A DNA stretch of 64,000 nt from contig JAANOX010000234.1 in the NCBI GenBank assembly GCA_020184695.1, positions 1 to 64,000 on the forward strand. Reading direction: 5' to 3'. The translations under genes were made by a program, and so were the position numbers. The notes beneath the pieces were generated by a model. That model did not search any database. It was not told the origin of the DNA and saw only the letters and a list, made by a program, of their open reading frames with translations. This stretch comes from Histomonas meleagridis 2922-C6/04-290x. Lineage: Eukaryota > Protista > Parabasalia. Every line of letters starts with the position of its first letter. The stretch's first letter is position 1. Positions 57,076 through 64,000 of the stretch are shown piece by piece.

Positions 57076-57147
57076 GGGTGTGTAGCTCAGTGGTAGAGCG
57101 TATCTTTCGCATAGATAAGGCCAAGGGTCCGATTCCCTTTACATCCA
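57076..57147 (+). tRNA. tRNA-Ala (anticodon CGC)
   Basis: Acceptor stem GGGTGTG/TACATCC with the G3:U70 Ala determinant, D-arm AGCTCAGTGGTAGAGC, anticodon arm TATCT-TTCGCAT-AGATA, followed by a T-run. Confidence 0.93.
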
Positions 57148-57248
57148 ATTTTTTTATTTTTTATGGTGTTTGTATAGTTTATATACAAATATAATTACAA
57201 GCAGTTTACACATAAAAAAGAAATTAAACGGAGTTTTTTTATTGCAAC

Positions 57249-58846
57249 TTAAGTTTGTTCTATAAAAGTATCTTCTTTGAAATCATTCGCAAAAGGATCA
57301 TCTTCTATATTCTTCATTTGGAGCTCTGATGAAAACGTTGTTACTGTTTCATTGTCCTTCTCTTCTTCCACGTCATAAGATTCAATGTTACTATTTTGCT
57401 TTTTATTTCTTAATTTAATTAATAACACAATAAGTAACACAATAATAATAATTACAACAATAACAACAACACAAACAATGATCACAGTATTTGTATTATC
57501 ATTTTCGACAAATTCATCTACATAAAAAACAGTGAAAAAATTGGAATAAAAACTATAATAAGTCGAATATACAACAATAGTATAATCATAATAAATGAAC
57601 TCTGTTATGATATAAGTTAAATTTGAGTTTACATCAGAAATAGAACAAGAATTTGTTGAAAAGGATATGAAAATAGTTAATGTCTGTGTATGAGACAATG
57701 AATATACTAAAGTAAAGAATGAGAAATAGTTAATGAAGAAAAGGAATTTGTAATTGAGTCATAAGTATTAGAATATGAAAATCTATTAGAGTAAGTCAGT
57801 GTATTCGATTTCGTGTATGTATTAGAGTTAGTGTACGTGTTCGATTTAGTGTATGTGTTTGACTTAGTGAATGTATTCGATTTAGTGTACGTATTCGATT
57901 TAGTGAATGTTTCTGTTGTTGTAAGACATATTGATATTGTTTCTTGTATAACATCAAATGTAGCAAATGTAGAACCGGTGTACGATGCTGTTACCATAAC
58001 AGATCGTGCTGGTACACCCATAAATGCTGTTTCGCTAATTGTTGGTTCTGCATCACCTTCAAAGAAAATACAGTGAAGATTTGTGCAAGATTCAAATGCA
58101 GTTTCTTTAATATCTTTAACATTTTCGCCAATAGTAATTATGTAAAGTGATGTACATGATGAAAATGCATATTGTTCAATTGATGTAACTGAATTCGGAA
58201 TGGTAAAATTAGTTAAGTTAGTACATGAATTAAAGGCACCTTCACTAATAAATGTAATGTTTTCACTAATTGTGATATTATTTAATGAAATACATGCATA
58301 AAATGCATATCGTCCAATTGTTGTGACTGAATTCGGAATTATAACATTATTTAAATTAGAACACCCGGAAAATACTGAATTTCTAATTTCTGTAACTTTA
58401 TTTGGTATAATAATATTATTTAATTTGCTACATTCATTAAATACAAAAGAATCAATAGAAGTAATATTTTCACTTAATGTAATATTATCCAAATTAGTGC
58501 ATGATGAAAATGCATATTCTCCAATTATTTCAACACTTTCACCGATATAAACTGTTGTTAAATTAGAACATTGACTAAATGCATAATTGCTAATATTATA
58601 TATGTAATTTCCAACATAAACTGTTTGAAGTAAGTTCAACCCTGAAAATGCACTATCTGGAATTCCTGTGTTATCACAATATATTAAAACATGTTCTGCT
58701 TCACTTTTTTTGGCATCATTAAAATCAGAATATTCATTTATTATTAATGTATGATTATCTTCATTAAAGGATTCAATACTATTAATTATAAAAACTATAA
58801 AAAATGAATTTATAATTTGCTGTTTTTTATATTTATTTATTTGCAA
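57249..58846 (-). CDS. BspA-like LRR surface protein with Thr/Ser stalk, TM and short tail; 1-nt frameshift at ~57713 and no ATG at the expected start
   Basis: TpLRR repeats, TKSNTY repeats; SHS(F)TLVYSLSHTQT joins the two ORFs if one T is added; TM VIIVCVVVIVVIIIIVLLIVLLI; tail DDPFANDFKE. Confidence 0.85.
57810..57905 (-). repeat. 18-nt repeats encoding T-K-S-N-T-[FY] stalk
   Basis: TFTKSNTYTKSNTFTKSNTYTKSNTYTNSNTYTKSNT in the ORF translation. Confidence 0.85.
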
Positions 58847-59860
58847 ATTTATTATTATATTTTTTTATTTTCAAATATATCAAAAACAAAATACAGAACA
58901 AGTGAAAATATTTATGAAAAACAGAAATTAAATTAAAAGAAGAGGTTAATGAGGGAAAATATTTAGTGTCTAGATCAAACTCTTGTTTTGTTTGACTTAA
59001 ACTATTGGATTTTAAGAAAAAAAAGAAATTTTCTTGGAAAGATGTATTAAATGTTTGATAATATTTGTATTGGTTTTCCAGAAAAATTGCATTATTTTTA
59101 TGTGTGTTAATATTTTTTTCGGAGAAATGTATTAAAATTTTGATTATATTTATAATGTTTCTCGTCTAAAATTGTATTTGTGTCATGTAAGAAATTATTT
59201 CCTTTGATTATGTTGTCTTTTGAAAGTAAATTATCATTAAATTTGAAATAAATCGATTTTTGAGGAATAGTTGAATTAAATAACCCAGAAATTTTGGAAT
59301 AGATGAGAACTGTGAGTAACAAATTCATAGTAATATTGAAAAAAGCCCGAAAAGCTGAAATTTTTTTACAATATTACACCGAAAAACTTGGGTTTGAAAA
59401 TCACGACCGTTATGAACGGAGTTAAGACATGGGGTGTTCCTACGGTTATATTATCTGTTGTAACCCTTCTAATATTGAGATTTGAATGTTTTTTCCCATC
59501 AATACACTGTATTATAACCGCTAATCGCACAGAAAAATAAACGTTTTGATCGTGTTTTCACTCAATTTTTGATAATAAGACCGTTTAACGATAAAATGTC
59601 TTAACTCTCAAAACAACAACAATAAAATAATGTTCGATAATTAGTTAATGATACTTTTCACAAGCTCAACTAATATATCATATAAAGCAATGGTTTTTTG
59701 TGTTCGAATATCATTGATTTTATATTGCAATATAAATTCCTTCCACTTGAATATCAAGTTATTAGAATATAATAATTGAATTGTCTTAAACATAAATAGT
59801 ATTTATTTTACATATAATAAATTTATTACTGTGAAATAAAATCTGATAAGATAATCACAA

Positions 59861-62800
59861 TTGGAAACTGCTGATAGAAAATTGAGGGAAATCCGTTTGG
59901 AAAAACATTTGACGACCGTTTATGATCAAATGAGCCAGGAAACAAAATACACATACAAGCAGTATGTTCAACATACATTATTTGAAATTGGTACATTCGA
60001 AAAATCGACCAGAGATATAGGTGTTTATCGAAGTATTATCACATTAATTGTCAATTTATTTCATAATTTTTCAAACACCATTTCACCACAAAATCAAAGT
60101 GAAAGTACTCTTGAGCCAAGCGAATCTGAACTATTTAAGAAATTAAATACCAACGTCAACTCCCTCAAAGATCTTTTTCTTCAACAAATGGAACCAAATT
60201 GGAGAATTTTTCTTCTTGAACATCCAATTAATTATTTTGAGCAAAAAATCATCGAGGACATCAATGAATTCAACAATGCAGCTATCCAACTTCATTTAAC
60301 TCAAACTAATGCTATTGTTCTTAATGAGAATGAATTTAAGAAAGAAGCCATTCACGACTTAGGCATTCTACAACAACTCATTGAGAATCTCAATTCAGAT
60401 GAATATTCTAATAAAATCAATGAAATTGTTCAAATTCGTGAACAATATGCCAAAGATACTGGAATTGACATAGAACCTAAGAAGCCACAAACCCTTGAAA
60501 TGTCTGTCATTACTGAATCTCTTATTTCACTCGAAAAATGGGAGATTGATTATGATGACCTTGAGCTCAAGGAAGTTATCGGCGCCGGCGGTTTTGCGGA
60601 GGTTTATTTGGGCACCCGAAAAAGCACTGGCGAAACGGTCGCCATCAAGAAATTACATCAACAAAAATTCGACAAAAGTATGTTAGAAATGTTTAAAAGT
60701 GAAGTTGCAATATTAGGGAAGCTTAAGCACTTTGCAATCCTTCCATTTGTTGGTGCCTGTACGAAACCACCATTTTGCATTGTAACCAAATTTATGTCAG
60801 GAGGTTCATTATTTTCACGTCTACATGCTAAAGATGAATCAGATAAATTATCACCCACACAATTAACAATTATAGCGCTTGGTATAGCATTTGGCATGAA
60901 TTATTTACATAGCCAACAAATGCTTCATCGTGATTTAAAGTCATTAAATATCTTATTAGATGAAAACAATTATCCTAAAATCTCCGACTTTGGAATGGCT
61001 CGTACGAAAGGTACAGGGAATGAAGATAAGTCAAGTGGAATAGGCACTTCACAATGGATGGCTCCTGAAGTGTTGAACTCGAATACATATGATGAGAAAG
61101 CCGATGTTTATAGTTATGGAATGATAATATGGGAAATGTTAACAGGTGATGTTCCTTATCGCGGTATTCGAGATTTCCAAGTAACAATGAGTGTTGTTAA
61201 TCAAAAGAATCGTCCAACAATACCAAAGAAATGTCCGCAATTACTTGCGCAATTTATAAGGAATTGTTGGAATAGTGATCCTAAGAAACGTCCGACATTT
61301 AAAGAGATAATTCGTGAGTTTAAAAACAGAACAATATTTTTCCCTGGTACAGACTTTGATAAAGTACAAGAATATGTACAAAAGTTTGCATCGAATGTAT
61401 ATAATCCAATTAATGATAATGTTAGTAATGAAGAGAAAAACTTAAAAATTACAAAAGAACAAATCGATACATTAATTAATGAATTTAAAAATGATGAAAA
61501 TGTTATCACGAAAATTAAAAGTTATAATGATGATATCATATTAATGTTCCCACAATATGATATTGTTAATATTATTGTCGAACATTTACAGAAAATTAAA
61601 AACCCAAAATTAATATCATTACATTTAGAAGTGTTATTAAAATTCTTACAAGATGAAACTGTTCAAGCAGCATTTCATGATCATAATCAATTCCAAGTTT
61701 TAGCTGATTTATTATTACGTGAAGATTCATTAAATTATCCGATCTTACTTGATTGTTTAAAGATAAGTATATTTGGGTCTAAGTTTAAATTTACGAAACA
61801 ACATTTATTAATGATTTCCACATTTTTAGACGTAAATACAGAAAAAGATCCACAAAAGAAACAAGAGATATGTAGTAAAGCCATTGAATTATTAGAGAAA
61901 ATCATTGAAAACAAAGATGAACATTGTGATGATGAATCGATATTTACGTCGATTGTTAATAACTTATTAAATAAAGCTACAATTAATACGAACACACAAA
62001 TATTAATACCAATACTTAACTTACTTATAAGTATATCATATTTCGAAGGTTCTAAAGCACAACTTCGAAGTATTGATGCGCCTAATCGAATTTGTTCTTT
62101 ATTAAAATCGGATGATAATAAAGTATTATATACTGCGTTATCATTATTACAAATATTATTTAAAGGATCATTACAAAAGCAACATACGATATCATTATTT
62201 TTATTAAACTTTGGATCAGTAATTAATGTAAATCAATCCAAAGTACAAATATCAGCATTAAATACATTAACATCATTAATGGAGAATTATCATGAAAATC
62301 AAACAGATGATACCTTTTATCGTGAAGTTACATTATGTAATTCATTTGCGAACAATTTCATTAATTCAATTAATAGTAATGAAAAAGAAGTTCAATTATT
62401 ATCATTAAAAATATGTTTTGAGTTTTGTTCAAATCAAGTTACATGTGAACAATTCTTAATATTAATACCATATTTCTTTAACTTATTACAAAGTTCTTCA
62501 TACGCAGCTATAATGTCTGCTTATTGTATCTCCGTATTATTATCAGTGAATGATCCGATTGAAATCTTAGGCGAACATAAAGAAGAATTACATAACTTCT
62601 TAAATAACGCATTACCTTTAGAAAGTGATCTAACTGAACCTGGAGTACGACTTGTTGGTGTATTAACATCGACATTAAAAGGCGCATTACTTATTAATAG
62701 TTGGGACAACGTAATGAGTAACATCGCGAAGTTACTCGATAGTAAAAATGATGAATTAGCATTGTTCGCTATGATGACAATGACGTCGATGAGTGCCGCT

Positions 62801-63280
62801 TGTCCTGAATCGAATGTAATGTATGAATCAATACCTTTAATAGTCGATGCATGTGAAAATTATTCGTTACGTTTTTATCCGTTTTGGTGCTTATCGAATT
62901 TAATTGTTGTGCCACGAAACGCTATAAAAATGGCGCCGTACATGTCGAAGATGTTCGAGTATTTGAAATATGAACAATTGGAATCAACAGTCGCAATAAT
63001 TATACAAAGAATTGTAATGGAACCTGAGGCTGCATTGTTGTTAGAAGACGTAAATTTGTTTAATGAGTTCATTGAGGCTGTGGATAACTTGTGGAAAGGT
63101 CAAAGCGCTTCAATACTGTTCGATATCATTGAGATATTGACAAATTATAAAGGAGTGTGTGAACTGATGAGAAATAGTGTGATTCTGGAAAAGGTAAATA
63201 ATACATTGGAATTGTGCGATTTGGATGACGTAAATAGACCAAAGTATATAAGGATTAGAGCAAGGCTAATGAAAATATGA
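59861..63280 (+). CDS. TKL-family protein kinase with an N-terminal helical domain and C-terminal ARM-like repeats
   Basis: IGAGGFAEV, VAIKKL, HRDLKSLN, DFG, GTSQWMAPE, DVYSYG, long Leu-rich helical tail. ORF opens at TTG 59861; first ATG at 59930. Confidence 0.93.
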   Translation: METADRKLREIRLEKHLTTVYDQMSQETKYTYKQYVQHTLFEIGTFEKSTRDIGVYRSIITLIVNLFHNFSNTISPQNQSESTLEPSESELFKKLNTNVNSLKDLFLQQMEPNWRIFLLEHPINYFEQKIIEDINEFNNAAIQLHLTQTNAIVLNENEFKKEAIHDLGILQQLIENLNSDEYSNKINEIVQIREQYAKDTGIDIEPKKPQTLEMSVITESLISLEKWEIDYDDLELKEVIGAGGFAEVYLGTRKSTGETVAIKKLHQQKFDKSMLEMFKSEVAILGKLKHFAILPFVGACTKPPFCIVTKFMSGGSLFSRLHAKDESDKLSPTQLTIIALGIAFGMNYLHSQQMLHRDLKSLNILLDENNYPKISDFGMARTKGTGNEDKSSGIGTSQWMAPEVLNSNTYDEKADVYSYGMIIWEMLTGDVPYRGIRDFQVTMSVVNQKNRPTIPKKCPQLLAQFIRNCWNSDPKKRPTFKEIIREFKNRTIFFPGTDFDKVQEYVQKFASNVYNPINDNVSNEEKNLKITKEQIDTLINEFKNDENVITKIKSYNDDIILMFPQYDIVNIIVEHLQKIKNPKLISLHLEVLLKFLQDETVQAAFHDHNQFQVLADLLLREDSLNYPILLDCLKISIFGSKFKFTKQHLLMISTFLDVNTEKDPQKKQEICSKAIELLEKIIENKDEHCDDESIFTSIVNNLLNKATINTNTQILIPILNLLISISYFEGSKAQLRSIDAPNRICSLLKSDDNKVLYTALSLLQILFKGSLQKQHTISLFLLNFGSVINVNQSKVQISALNTLTSLMENYHENQTDDTFYREVTLCNSFANNFINSINSNEKEVQLLSLKICFEFCSNQVTCEQFLILIPYFFNLLQSSSYAAIMSAYCISVLLSVNDPIEILGEHKEELHNFLNNALPLESDLTEPGVRLVGVLTSTLKGALLINSWDNVMSNIAKLLDSKNDELALFAMMTMTSMSAACPESNVMYESIPLIVDACENYSLRFYPFWCLSNLIVVPRNAIKMAPYMSKMFEYLKYEQLESTVAIIIQRIVMEPEAALLLEDVNLFNEFIEAVDNLWKGQSASILFDIIEILTNYKGVCELMRNSVILEKVNNTLELCDLDDVNRPKYIRIRARLMKI

Positions 63281-64000
63281 CGATATGTTTTAAAGGTAAA
63301 GAATAATAATAAAGAAAATTTGTGTTTTGATTTTATTTTTCATAGTATATGTCAACATAAGTCATTTCTTCAATAATATTTTATGTTGTTATATTCTTGA
63401 CTAAAATGTGTTAAAAAGAGAAATTTTGTGTTTAGGTCTAGATTTTAAAAAAAGAAATAAATATAATTACTTATTGTAAAATTCAAGGGATTCATGCACA
63501 AATTATTAGTGATCTAATAGAAGATTGTATGAGTGTCCCAATTATCAACAAAACATATTCTCTAATGATTGTATTGTCGTATAAATTTATACTAGTACTT
63601 CATATCATTATATACAATCCATAAATATCTTTGTTTTTTCATCTTTTGTTTTTAAATTTTTTTTGAAGCACAAAAAACATTTTTTAACATTGTTCTTCAT
63701 TCGTGATAAATTGGTATGAATTTTTTGTATGTGATTTTGAAAATTTGATATAGATATCTTTTATGTTACTAATATTTATATCTCTTTTAATAAATTTTTG
63801 AGATGAATTCTAAATCAAAACAATGAACAAAGAATACCTTAAAACTGGAAAATATCTAAAAAAGACGTAATTATGGTTTATTTTTCTATTTTTTTATCTT
63901 GACGTCTGAGATAAAAAAAGTTCAAAGAATATTATATTAGTTCTCTGATGCCGAAATTTCATTTACATGTTGCGCAGCCAAAATTTAAGATTCGATATCT

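Overview
AT-rich, intron-poor eukaryotic DNA, most likely a parabasalid (Tritrichomonas/Trichomonas-like). The evidence is BspA-type LRR surface proteins, trichomonad-type ankyrin genes, a TKL-ARM kinase, and Trichomonas-like Inr, M3 and M5 core-promoter motifs. Standard genetic code. Housekeeping genes: Furry/Tao3-like, Rpt1, formin, RPLP2, SAS-4/TCP10-domain protein, Rab, TOP2, RPS21, DnaJ, tRNA-Glu(TTC) and tRNA-Ala(CGC). These are interspersed with ankyrin and BspA paralogues, decayed genes (including a bacterial-type alpha/beta-hydrolase pseudogene), and a 1.4-kb (TAATA)n array. Several single-base indels sit in homopolymers and are probably long-read assembly errors. The most striking unexplained structure is a conserved ~80-nt AT-only spacer at the same position in every ankyrin repeat of two separate genes. 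It disrupts the frame in 8 of 10 copies and is a candidate non-canonical intron or recoding element. Second is an Spt5-like gene split by about 1,600 aa of low-complexity sequence containing two tandem-repeat arrays. All homology calls are from motif recognition by eye; no searches were run.
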